Shown here: in pieces, positions 38,565 to 48,713 of the stretch
Numbering within the stretch: position 1 is the first letter of the stretch
Layout of the letters: every line of letters begins with the position of its first letter
IMG/VR virus record: IMGVR_UViG_3300031746_004145
Location: 4,009-68,008 of that record
Source: a virus
Direction: 5' to 3' (one strand)
DNA: 64,000 bases
Program-made: the position numbers and the translations under genes
The notes under the pieces: model-generated
Seen by the model: the letters and a program-made list of their open reading frames with translations, nothing else
Told to the model about the DNA's origin: nothing
The model's database searches: none

Positions 38565-41500
38565 ATGGCGACTGGTGAGCTTCTGAGGCCCGGAGTCGAG
38601 GTCATCCAGCAGATTCGGAAGACCTCTCCGACCGTGCTTCGCCCGACGCTCGTCCCCTGTATCGTGGGACCTGCGTTCGAGGTCGTGAACGTCCTCAACA
38701 CCGACGGCACGATCAACTCGAAGGCCAAGTACGGCGTCTACTCGCAGATCGGAAAGGCGATCTCCGAGAGCGCTTTCCCCGACCCGCGCGGCAACATCGC
38801 CGAGCTCGACTTCCTCGAGGACACCATCCGTCCTTACATGCTGCATGGTGGCTCTCTGAGCTACCTGCCCATGGTGAACGGGTCGGCCTTCCTGGCCACC
38901 CTTCACAAGTCCAGCAAGGCGGCCATTCGGACCGACATCTTCTCTGGGGTGTCGGGCAAGGACCTCAACGGCCTGGTGCTCACCCTCGCCTTCGACCTTC
39001 CTGCGATGTCCGACCACACCAACGACATCGCCATCACCTTCGTTGGTTCCGGTGGTGGCGGAACGGGTGTGCTCACTTCTCAGCAGTGTGCAGACCAGAT
39101 CAACACCGCGGTGCGTGCAACGGTGGCCACCGTGGTCGGCGCCGCTCCCAATGACCGAGTGCAGATCGCGTCGCCCACCTACGGGGCGCTCTCCTCGGTC
39201 ACCATCCGCCCAGGCACCGCCAACGTCCCGCTCCAGGTCGCCTACCTCGTCGCCGACGGCAACTACACCGAGCGCGTCGAGGGCTACGGCCTCCGTGGCC
39301 AGGACGACGTCAACAACGACACCATCACGCCGTGGATCGAGTTCTTCCGAGGCGAGTACTACGTTGGCCCGGCGGGGGCGGCCATCGCGGCCGCGTACCG
39401 TGCTCAGGCCGGCTCCATCGACCTCGAGACCGCCTCGTTCATCTCCGCCAAGGCTGCGGCTGTCACCTTCGCCGGTGGCAGTCCGACGGTGCCTCTCCTG
39501 GTCGGCGACTACGTCATTGCCGACGGCGTCCGCGTCGGCAGCGGCGAGGTGATGAAGGTCGAGACCAGCCGGTTCAAGATCGGCACCATCAACACCCTTC
39601 TCTCCACTGCCGACTCCGACGGCAACTACACCACCAAGGTGTACGACATGGTCCAGGTTGGGACCATCTACGACCAGACCCCGTTCGCCCCGACCTACAC
39701 CTTCTTCATGGCGAACGACCTCGACTGGCGCCTCGCCACGGGTGCGCTGGCCGCCACGGTGACCGGTTCGGCCGTCTCCCCGACCGCTCCGACCGCAGCC
39801 GCCGTCGCCACCGTCGCCACTCCTGCCGGCCCGTACTCGCTCCAGGGCCTGGGGCTCCACTACACCGTCACCGTCAACGGCGTGGAGACCGAGGGGACCT
39901 TCACCTTCACGGCCGCCTCCTACGCTGACATGGATGCCGTGGTGGCTGCTCTCGGGTCCAACATCCCGGGCATCCTTCCCTCGAACGCCGCCGGTCAGCT
40001 CACGCTGACCACGCTGCTGACCGGGCAGCTCCAGGCCATCAAGGTCTGGGGCAACAGCACCTGCCGCTCGGTGCTGCTCTTCGCCTCCGACGTCACCGAC
40101 GCGGGTACCGACACCCTCTACGCCGGCGGCACCGGCCTCTCGGGCAAGTACCTCACCTTCCAGTTCGACCAGAACCCGCACACCTACGAGGTGCTGGCCA
40201 CCAGCAACTCGCTGGAAGAGCTCATCGCCGACATCAACCAGACGGTGGGTGCGACGGTGGCCGAGAAGTCGGGCAACTTCCTCAAGCTCACCTCGCCTCT
40301 CAAGGGCGTGGCAAGCCGGATCACCATCGTCGACACCGGTTCCGGCATGGCCGAGGACATCCTCGGGCTGACCGCCGGCTCGACCGACGGCTCGGGGCGC
40401 CCCTACCCCGACGCCTACTTGGACGACGCGCTGGTCCTCCACATCGGCTCGGAGGTCCTGCGTGACTCGGTCAAGGGCTACCCCCTCGACCAGGCCTACG
40501 ACACCGGCACTCTCTACATCCAGTACAAGGCGCTCCGCAAGGACGTCTCGGCTGCGGCGGCGGACCCCAGCGTCATCCGCGTCTCCGACACCGACACCCT
40601 GCTGGCGGTGCTGGACCCCATCACCGAGGAGAACCCTCTCGCCCTCGGCATGTACCTCGCCATCCTGAACGCCCCCACCTTCGAGGTGAAGGGTCTCGGC
40701 ATCGACGAGGTGACCGCCGCGGCGCCGGAAGGCACCTCGGTGGCCTGGTCCCGGGCCGCTGCCCTCCTCGAGGCCGAGGAGGTCTACGCCATCGCTCCTC
40801 TGACCCAGGACGAGACCGTCCAGAGCATGTGGATGACCCACTGCTCGGTCATGAGCGCGCCAGAGCAGGGTGGTGAGCGCATCGTCTTCCCCAACAAGAA
40901 GATGCCGACCAACAAGAACTCCTCGATCGCAGCTTCAGGGTCGGCAGCGAACAGCACCGCTTCGCCGAACCAGCTGCTCATCGACATGAACCCGTCCTCG
41001 GGTCTCGTGGCGCTGGGCCTCAACCCTGCCCAGCCCTTCACCGTGGCGCAGGGCGTCTACATCGAGGTCACGGTCTCGAGCGAGCTTCGCCGGTACAACG
41101 TCTCCAGCGTCTCCGGCTCGCTCATCAACCTGCGGACCACATTCACCACGGGGGAGAACACCGACGCCTTCTACTCGGATGTCTTCCTGAACGTCCCGGT
41201 GGTGAACAGCAGCTACTCGCTGAAGGTGCGCGGGGCCTCTCTCGTCATCCCGGGGTCCAGCCCGGAGATGTACGACTACTCGCTCATGAGCGAGACGGTC
41301 GCCGAGGCGAACGCCCTCTACGCCAACCGCCGCGTCTACGAGGTCTTCCCCGACACCGTGAAGCTCCAGGTCAGCGGCGTCGAGAAGTCCCTGCCGGGCT
41401 ACTACGCCTCGGCAGCCATCGTCGGCATGGTGGCGGCGCAGCCCCCGCAGCAGGGCTTCACGAACTTCCCCATCACCGGCATGACCGGCGTGGTGGGAAC

Positions 41501-41912
41501 CGAGAAGTTCACCAAGCGCCAGCTGAACGTGATGGCGGGTGGCGGCACCTACATCCTGATGCAGGAGGTTCCTGGCGGGTCCGTCTTCTGCCGGCACCAG
41601 GTCTCGACGGACCTCACCAGCGTCGAGACGCGGGAGCTCTCCATCACCAAGGTGGTCGACTTCTGCGCCAAGATCCTGCGCAACGGCGTCCGCCGGTTCA
41701 TCGGGACCAGCAACGTGAACCCCCAGCTGCTCGACATGCTGGGTGCCACGGTGCACGCCATCCTGAAGTTCCTCGAGGAGACCGGCGTCATCAACGGCTC
41801 GAACATCAACAACCTGGTCCAGGACACGGCGAACCCGGACACCATCCTCGTCGATGTCACCCTGGACGTTCCGTACCCCTGCAACTACATCCGACTCACG
41901 CTGATGGTGTGA
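38565..41912 (+). CDS. Contractile tail sheath protein
   Basis: N-terminal RPGVEV, TLVPCIVG; C-terminal RHQVST..RELSI..VDF, FIG..N, V.YPCNYI.LTL. Confidence 0.9.
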   Translation: MATGELLRPGVEVIQQIRKTSPTVLRPTLVPCIVGPAFEVVNVLNTDGTINSKAKYGVYSQIGKAISESAFPDPRGNIAELDFLEDTIRPYMLHGGSLSYLPMVNGSAFLATLHKSSKAAIRTDIFSGVSGKDLNGLVLTLAFDLPAMSDHTNDIAITFVGSGGGGTGVLTSQQCADQINTAVRATVATVVGAAPNDRVQIASPTYGALSSVTIRPGTANVPLQVAYLVADGNYTERVEGYGLRGQDDVNNDTITPWIEFFRGEYYVGPAGAAIAAAYRAQAGSIDLETASFISAKAAAVTFAGGSPTVPLLVGDYVIADGVRVGSGEVMKVETSRFKIGTINTLLSTADSDGNYTTKVYDMVQVGTIYDQTPFAPTYTFFMANDLDWRLATGALAATVTGSAVSPTAPTAAAVATVATPAGPYSLQGLGLHYTVTVNGVETEGTFTFTAASYADMDAVVAALGSNIPGILPSNAAGQLTLTTLLTGQLQAIKVWGNSTCRSVLLFASDVTDAGTDTLYAGGTGLSGKYLTFQFDQNPHTYEVLATSNSLEELIADINQTVGATVAEKSGNFLKLTSPLKGVASRITIVDTGSGMAEDILGLTAGSTDGSGRPYPDAYLDDALVLHIGSEVLRDSVKGYPLDQAYDTGTLYIQYKALRKDVSAAAADPSVIRVSDTDTLLAVLDPITEENPLALGMYLAILNAPTFEVKGLGIDEVTAAAPEGTSVAWSRAAALLEAEEVYAIAPLTQDETVQSMWMTHCSVMSAPEQGGERIVFPNKKMPTNKNSSIAASGSAANSTASPNQLLIDMNPSSGLVALGLNPAQPFTVAQGVYIEVTVSSELRRYNVSSVSGSLINLRTTFTTGENTDAFYSDVFLNVPVVNSSYSLKVRGASLVIPGSSPEMYDYSLMSETVAEANALYANRRVYEVFPDTVKLQVSGVEKSLPGYYASAAIVGMVAAQPPQQGFTNFPITGMTGVVGTEKFTKRQLNVMAGGGTYILMQEVPGGSVFCRHQVSTDLTSVETRELSITKVVDFCAKILRNGVRRFIGTSNVNPQLLDMLGATVHAILKFLEETGVINGSNINNLVQDTANPDTILVDVTLDVPYPCNYIRLTLMV

Positions 41913-41946
41913 GCGGTCGAACGTCCACTGCAACTGAGGAGTTCAC

Positions 41947-42681
41947 ATGTCCAGCCTCACGTCTTGGAACCCCTACTCCCAGAAGGTCGACAATGCGTCG
42001 GCCCTCGGAGAGGGCAGGTTCGCCTCCGGCGCCTTCACCATGATCGCTGCCGGTCCTCCGCGTCTCGCCTCCATCGGCGGCAGCGCGGCGGCGGGCCTCG
42101 ACCTCTCGAGTGGCACGTCGAACTGGGCCCTGCCCATCGGCGTGGTGCAGAACTTCAACCTGGCCCACAACAAGAGCTTCGCCCGCTTCTGGGAGCTCGG
42201 CAGTGAGCGGTCGTACTTCATCGCCGGCCGCACGCAGGCGCAGGCCGGGTTCAGCCGGGTGCTCTACAACGGGCCCTCGCTGCTCCGGATGATGTACGCC
42301 TTCTACCAGGACCTCCTGGCGCCGACGACCATCACCTCCTTCGGAGTGGACGCCAAGGTCCCGCTGTCGGTGGCGAACCAGCACAACGTGAAGATCCCGC
42401 CAGGGTTCGAGAACATCTACCTGAACCTGGCCTCGGACCTCTTCTCGCAGCCGTGCGGGCTCCTCTGCTACATGAAGGACTCGAACGAGACCACCCTCGG
42501 GGCCATCTACCTCGAGGAGACCTACCTGCCATCGCACAGCATCGCGACGGACGCCCAGGGCGTGGTCATCCAGGAGCAGGTCTCGCTCCAGCCCGAGCGG
42601 GCGGTCCCCATCGCTCTCAACAGCCTGGCCCTGGTCGACTCGACCCTGACCCAGGTCCTCAACGCCGTCACCGGCGTCTAG
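41947..42681 (+). CDS. Tail tube protein
   Basis: Follows the sheath gene; PIGVVQNF..RFWELGS..YFI.GR..SRV motif. Confidence 0.8.
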   Translation: MSSLTSWNPYSQKVDNASALGEGRFASGAFTMIAAGPPRLASIGGSAAAGLDLSSGTSNWALPIGVVQNFNLAHNKSFARFWELGSERSYFIAGRTQAQAGFSRVLYNGPSLLRMMYAFYQDLLAPTTITSFGVDAKVPLSVANQHNVKIPPGFENIYLNLASDLFSQPCGLLCYMKDSNETTLGAIYLEETYLPSHSIATDAQGVVIQEQVSLQPERAVPIALNSLALVDSTLTQVLNAVTGV

Positions 42682-42702
42682 CGCACGCCCCAAAAGGGGT
42701 GA

Positions 42703-42751
42703 GGGCTAAGAAGAAGGGCTGGTTCCTCCGGGAGCTGGCCCTTCTGCTTTT
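42703..42751. terminator. Bidirectional terminator
   Basis: AGAAGGGCTGGTTCC-TCCG-GGAGCTGGCCCTTCT with a TTTT tail on + and TTCTTAGCC on -. Confidence 0.75.
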
Positions 42752-42822
42752 GGGTGCCAGACGCGCCAGGGCTCGATTCTAGAGGGGCCGCGGCCGCCGG
42801 CGGCCGGGGAGGGAGCCTGGGG

Positions 42823-43074
42823 CTACTTCTCGTCGCCTGGGGGCCTTGGCTTGCGCGCCTTGGCCGTCTTGGTGAGGGACCGGACGCGGCCTGCCTGCTG
42901 CCGGCCCTTCTCGTCCTTCACCAGGTCGAACTCCACCGTGTCGCCCTGCGTCAAGGTCCGGTAGCCCTCCATCTCGATGTTCGAGTGGTGGACGAAGAGG
43001 TCCTTGTCATCCCCATCTGGGACGACGAAGCCGAAGCCCTTGATGCTGGAGAACCACTTGACCTTGCCGCGCAC
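42823..43074 (-). CDS. csp: Cold-shock domain protein with a basic tail
   Basis: GKVKWF..KGFGFV..DLFVHHS.I..GYRTL..G..VEF; GTG start at 43074 after GGAG. Confidence 0.92.
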   Translation of the reverse strand: MRGKVKWFSSIKGFGFVVPDGDDKDLFVHHSNIEMEGYRTLTQGDTVEFDLVKDEKGRQQAGRVRSLTKTAKARKPRPPGDEK

Positions 43075-43118
43075 GAGGCCATTCTCCGTGCGCGGCAGGT
43101 CTGTGGGTAGGGGAAAGG

Positions 43119-43751
43119 CTAGGAGGGACGCTGCGCTGCCACCGGCATGAAGACCGGGGGAGACACCGGGCCGGTACCCGGTAGGGGGATGGGGTTCGGG
43201 ATCTGGAGGGTGGCGGGCTCTGCGGCGGTCTTGGGAGGCTTGGGCAGCTCGGTGCTCCGCCGGCGGGCCACCTCCGCGGCGATGCGCTCCTTCTCCCCGG
43301 TCTGGAGGTCCGAGAGGGAGACCTTGATCTCCACCTTGTCGGCCCCCGGCTGGCGAAGGCCGTGGGGCAGGAGCCGGCGAAGAACGGCAAGGTGCTCGAC
43401 GCACTCCGTGGCCTCCTGCTCGAGCCGGCCCAGGAGGCCAACGTTGCCGCAGTCGCCCAGGGTCAGGCGGTTGGTGGCGAGGTTGGTGAGAAGTGTGGCG
43501 ACCCGGTCCATCTCGTTGCGGAGGTCGTGCAGGTCCTCCTTCATCTCGTACTTCTTCTCGACCCTCTCGACGTTGAGCGGAGCAGCGTCCTTCCACTCCG
43601 TCTTCAGCGGCGAGGGCTCCGCCTTCGCCTTCACGGCGACAGGAGAGGTAACGGCAGGGGCCGACTTCTTGGCCCCCTTGCCGGCCGCCGTCTTCTTCTC
43701 GGCGGCGCGCTGCTCCTTCGTCTTGGTCCGGTCGTACTGTCCACGAGGCAT
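43119..43751 (-). CDS. Hypothetical protein with a K/A-rich N-terminus and coiled coil
   Basis: RBS AGGAG before ATG 43751. Confidence 0.6.
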   Translation of the reverse strand: MPRGQYDRTKTKEQRAAEKKTAAGKGAKKSAPAVTSPVAVKAKAEPSPLKTEWKDAAPLNVERVEKKYEMKEDLHDLRNEMDRVATLLTNLATNRLTLGDCGNVGLLGRLEQEATECVEHLAVLRRLLPHGLRQPGADKVEIKVSLSDLQTGEKERIAAEVARRRSTELPKPPKTAAEPATLQIPNPIPLPGTGPVSPPVFMPVAAQRPS

Positions 43752-43797
43752 GTGGTTGGCTCCTGTGTGTGGGTAAAGCAACCACAGGTCTACCACG

Positions 43798-43965
43798 TCA
43801 GTCCGACACCCGCTTCAAGAACTGCTCGATGATGTAGCGGAGGACCTCGGACTTCGTGACCCGTCTCCCCATGCTCTTGGCGAGGCCCTTCCGGAGAGAC
43901 TCGACCTTGATCGAGAGCTCTCGCGGAAGACGCAGGTCGTAGCGGTACCCGTCTCCTTGCTTCAC
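43798..43965 (-). CDS. Ribbon-helix-helix-like small regulator
   Basis: YDLRLP.EL...TKSEVLRYIIEQFL; GTGA overlap with the upstream stop. Confidence 0.6.
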   Translation of the reverse strand: MKQGDGYRYDLRLPRELSIKVESLRKGLAKSMGRRVTKSEVLRYIIEQFLKRVSD

Positions 43966-46900
43966 TTCACGGGCTCCACGTTGTCCTGGCGCAGCTCTTC
44001 GATGGTGTGCTCCCCGAGCATCCAGAGGATGCCCTGGAGGAAGCCGAACCACATGAGGACGAGATCCGGCGCCCCCACCTCGACGAAGTGGAGGATCTGG
44101 TCGCAGACCCAGAGAGCGTGCTTCTTCACCAAGACGTGGTGCATCTCGACGTCGATGACAGCATCCGGCTCGAGCTTCTCCGCGACGAAGCCTTCTCGAG
44201 TGAGCTCCTCCTTGTACTTCTTCACGTCCCGGATGATCAGCTCCTCGGTCACTTCCGCTTCTCCGTCTTCGCGGGCTGCTTCTGCGTCCGCGCCTTGGGG
44301 GCCGCGTCGCTGGACCGCCCCTGGGAGGTGCTCGTGTTGCCGGCGTACCGCCTCGGCTTCATGCGCCACGCCTTCTTGATCTTGCGTCCGACTCCATCGA
44401 ATCCAGGGGGCATTACGAACTCCTTAACTTCCTCAAAAGATCACTCGCCTTGATGGCGAACTCGTCGGGCCCAATGCCCAAGTCTCTTCCGTCTTCGCTG
44501 ATGTGGTGGCCCCAGCGAAGAACGCCAGGAGCCTCTGCATCCTCGCGGACGAACTGTCCCACGAGCTTGATGATGCTCTTCATGTTGCGGACCTCGGCTC
44601 CGAGCTTCTTCACGCACTCGTACAGCCAGCCGTCTGCTTGGCCCTTCCTTCCCGCTGGGTGCTTCATCCCGCAGTGGGGACAGGCTGGTTGGGCCATCAG
44701 CGCTCCGTCGACGCCGGCATCGTGTCGCCGTAGCAGTAGGTACAGGCGCCATCCCCCTTGCGCGCCCAGGTGGTCATGTCGCGGCCACAGGTCTTGCAGA
44801 CCATGATGACCTCCGGAGACGCTCGATGCTCTGCGATGGCCTCGGGCTCGTTCCACGGATGCTTGATCGGCTTGGGACGGCCGCAGAGGGGACAGGCCTT
44901 GTAGACCTTATCGTCCAGCCCCCAAGTCATGTCGCGCTTCTTCAGGACGTTATAGGCGACGAGGGTGGTGACGATGCGGTCCCACCCGTAGATGGTGATG
45001 GCTTCCATCATGTGGCCACCCTCGTAGATGTCCTTGATCTCCTTTTCAGAGAGGGGTGTTGGGATCGACATGCGTCTTCTCCTTGGCGTGCTTGATGAAG
45101 CGGAAGAAAGCGTCCAGCACTTCGGGCTCGAGGAAGATCTCGTTGGTCGTCTCGATGCCGTTCTCGGTGGTGAGGATGACGTGGTAGGGCCGGATCTCGA
45201 CGTACACTCCATCTCCCAGGTAATCCTTCATGGCTTGGCCTCCTTGAGTGAGGGCGACGTGGCGCACTTCGGGCACGGCTTGAAGCCTGCCACCATCTCC
45301 TCCCCGGCGCTGTAGACCGGGCGCTTCCGCGTCCCGTTGCACTCCGGGCACCCCTGCTCTGCGGCGGGCTTGTGCCTAGCCGCGTCGGACAGCAGGGCCG
45401 ACATTTGATTCCAGATGACCGCCCGGGTATCGGAGTCGGCGTCCTCGTCACCTACCAGCGGATCGTCGCCGTTCATCTTGAGGTAGGCCAGCGCCTTGTC
45501 GGCGTGCCTGTTGAGGAGGTCGATGGTCGCGCCGGGATCGTCCAGCAGTGAGCGCCAGGGCTCTGCGGGAGGGGCGGCGAGGAGCAGGTCTCGGAGCATG
45601 ACCAACTCGGCCGCTTCGTTAGCGTTGCCTTGCGGGCCGTCATCCCAATACGAACGCAGCCGTTCGATAGTCGCCTCCACGCCCTCGTTCCACCCCGCGT
45701 CCTTGGCGTCGAGCAGTTCCCGCTGGCGGTCCACCTCATGCTTTAGCAGCCGCAGCGCCCCCACGGCCTCGGCCAGAGAGGACTCGGCGGCGAGGGCGCG
45801 GGCCTCTAGTCTATCAATCTCCTCGGTACGGATCTCCATCAGGGCCTTCACCTCGGCCTCCAGGCCTTCGCCGCCGACTGTGACAGGTGTTCCGCAGGTA
45901 TCGCACCGTTCGTCGTTTGTTACGCGGGAAGGAGACAGACCCACCTTGCACTCAGGGCACCACCAGTCACCTCGTTTGCTGTCACTCACGGTAGGATCTC
46001 CTCAGGGTCTTCTTGGTCAGGCATCAGCAGTGCGTGAAGATCGTGGTCTCGCATGAAGAACAGGCACCGTCGAATCGCATCGTCCTCGTCGCCCGGGGAG
46101 TAGTCGCAGGAGTCTACCCACTCGATGTCGTGCATTGCGGCCGACACACACTCAAGCAGACTCTTGAAGGCCAGCCGCAGCGGGGTCTCCCCCTTTGGGC
46201 CGCGCCCGTGCATGTCTTCCATGAACTGGTTGACTCGTTGGTATGCGTAGTCGTAGCTGGATCCGCTCATGGCGTTCCTTTGTTCCTCTTCATGAGCTTC
46301 GGCTGCTTCGGCTTGGGGGGCTTCTTCGGCAGCCGAAGCTCGTAGAAGAGCGACGAGATGATGTTCACGATGGCAAGCTGGTCGGGCCGCACTTGCGGTA
46401 GGCAGGCGCAGATGAAGCAGAGGGTCTGTGCCTTCTCCCCCACGGGGTAGTCGATGACGAGCACCTCTGCCTTGCAGCTGCCGCAGATCCCTTCGTAGGA
46501 CCCCTTGCCAGCCCAGATGTCGAAGCGCCTCACAGGGCGAGCTCCGTCTGCATGGTCTTGGGCTTTCTCTTCAGGCACTGCTTGCAGTCCACCCGAGCCC
46601 AGTTCTCCGTGAGTCGGGTGGAGGGCACCATCTTGTCGGAGCAGATGGGGCAGTTCATGATTCCCCAGTGGATCCTGCGAGGCATGAGGCGCATCGCCTC
46701 TTCCTTCGTGGGCTTGGTGTAGCCGTCCTCCTTGCCCAGTGTCCTGAACCCGAAGACGCGCAACCCCTTCTCCGACATCGCCAACAGCTCCTTCGACACC
46801 TGCTGTAGCTTCCCCTCTGCCTTCTCGTCGTCGGCCTCGACGAGAAGGCGCAGCGTGATGATGTGCTTCATGGGTCTCTCCCTTCGAGGGCGGCCAGTAG

Positions 46901-48713
46901 GCTAGTGGCTCGGAGATACGGTCCGCATGCCTTTGGGCCCAGCATGCATCGCAGTCCTATGTGGTGGGCAGCGAGTTCCTCCAGCGAACCGTAGGCCTCG
47001 GCCACTCGAAGATCTGCATCAGCGCATGCCTTCTCGACTCCGTGCTTCAGCATGTAATGCCCACCGTCGCGGTGGATGCGAGCCAGTAGGTTGTTGCGCT
47101 GCGCTTCAGCAGCCTTCATGGCGGAGAGGTTGGCTCCCCCCTTGTCCACGGTGGCCCACAGGAGATCCTTCTCCTGCTCCAGCCTCTCGGCCCTTACCTC
47201 TGCCGCGTGCATCTTTGTCGCGACCTCCTGGAAGTCGGCGGAGGCTTCAGCTCTGTCAGCTTCGGCCTCGGCGAGGCGCTGGTGGAGGGAGGCGATCTCG
47301 GCGTCCCGCTCGCAGATCTCGCACTTCCGACGCAGTCCTCCGTGCTCGCATTCGTCTCGACCGCTCACATGAACCCCTTGGGCCAGGCAGTGCCTGAGTG
47401 GACTTCCATCATCTTGAGGAACTTCGTCGACTCCTCTTCGGACATCCGCATCTCCTTCGCCGCGGCATAGACGGCGAGGTGGAGGGCATCCGAGTTGGTG
47501 TGCTGGATCAGCTGCTTGAGGACGAGGAGGAGGAACGCAGCCTGACGAGGATCGTGTGCCGTGCCTCGTTGAACAGAGTGCTGCTGCACCCCGCTCCGAT
47601 CGCCAAGAAGTGGATGATTTCCTGCTTCTTCCAGTCGTCCGGCTCGGACAACACCAGCCCGCACCAGTAGCGACCGTCCTTCTCCAAGAGACTTGGGCAT
47701 CCTCCTCTACCGTCCTTCCAGTGCTCAAAGGTTTGGTACTTGGCGCTGGCGAGAGGGCACGGTGCCCTCTTGCAGCAGTAGCCGCAGCCAACGCACGCTC
47801 CGGGTTTCATGTCTCACTCCTTGATCGGTGTGATGCGAACGCGGATGGCCTTGTAGCCCAGCTTCCTGTAGGCGCGCAGGGTCTCGGGCCACTTCTTCCA
47901 GTACTTCTTCCGGAAGTCGTCATCCATGGCGTTGTCGAAGAGCTTCTGCTGAGACTCCGCCTTCGAGAAGGAGAGGGTGGAGTGCATGAGGTAGCCTCTG
48001 CTCTGCTGCATGCACCACATGGCAGGGGGCTTACGGGCGGTCATGTTTCGCTCTCGTCGGCCACGTCGTTGAGGCTGTTGATCTCCGACTCCACACTGAT
48101 CATGGTGTCGCAGATCATAGGAACCTCCACAGTGAGGTCCTGGTTGAAGCGCATCTTCAGCTCGTCCCCCACCTTCTTGAAGTACTCGACCTTCTTCTCG
48201 TACTCGAAGGCGGGGACGGCGTAGATGCCGCACAGGTTCCCGTTGGGCTCGGTCACACGGATGATTCGGACGTCCCTCAGCTTGCGAAGGATGTTGCAGC
48301 GTGCCTTGAGCCGCTCGACCTCCTCGCCCAAGACCCCCACCGCGGTTGCGGCTCGGAGTCCTGCATCCTTCCGCAGCTTCTCGGTGAGCGTCTTCTTGGG
48401 CTTCCTCTTGACCATCAGCTCCACCACCCGTCGGGCAGGGTGACCTCGAAGGCAGCGAAGAGATTCTTCCTGGCCTCCTCGATGGTGGGGCAGCTCGAGC
48501 TGATCTCGAAGGCCTGGTACTTCCCGGTCGGATCGGCCTGGCACAACGCGACGTAGCTCCAGTCGTGGTCGACCTTGTCCTGGATGATGAGGCCGATCCG
48601 CTTGTTCCCCTTCCACCACTCCTTCTCCTCGTGGAGCATCGGGTGGGAGCCGACCTGGTCGTTGTCGAAGATGAGGTGGAACTCTTCCTTCGTGATGCTG
48701 GTAGCCATGTCAC
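43962..48713 (-). other. Block of roughly 14 small, translationally coupled accessory ORFs, several with Zn-ribbon motifs
   Basis: Overlapping start/stop codons (ATGA/GTGA), for example 45228-45989, 45986-46270, 46267-46578, 46530-46871, 48415-48708; many CxxC pairs. Confidence 0.65.
47508..47810 (-). CDS. YkgJ-like CxxCxxCC Cys-cluster protein
   Basis: CVGCGYCC..PC..CPSL..YWC. Confidence 0.65.
   Translation of the reverse strand: MKPGACVGCGYCCKRAPCPLASAKYQTFEHWKDGRGGCPSLLEKDGRYWCGLVLSEPDDWKKQEIIHFLAIGAGCSSTLFNEARHTILVRLRSSSSSSSS

Noticed and set aside
42791-42806. Perfect 16-bp GC palindrome CGGCCGCCGGCGGCCG
   Set aside because: Single copy of all-GC sequence in a GC-rich genome; no function can be supported.
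42823-43785. 320-aa ORF as a CSD fusion protein
   Set aside because: The upstream part overlaps the better 43119-43751 gene in another frame; the CSD has its own GTG and RBS.
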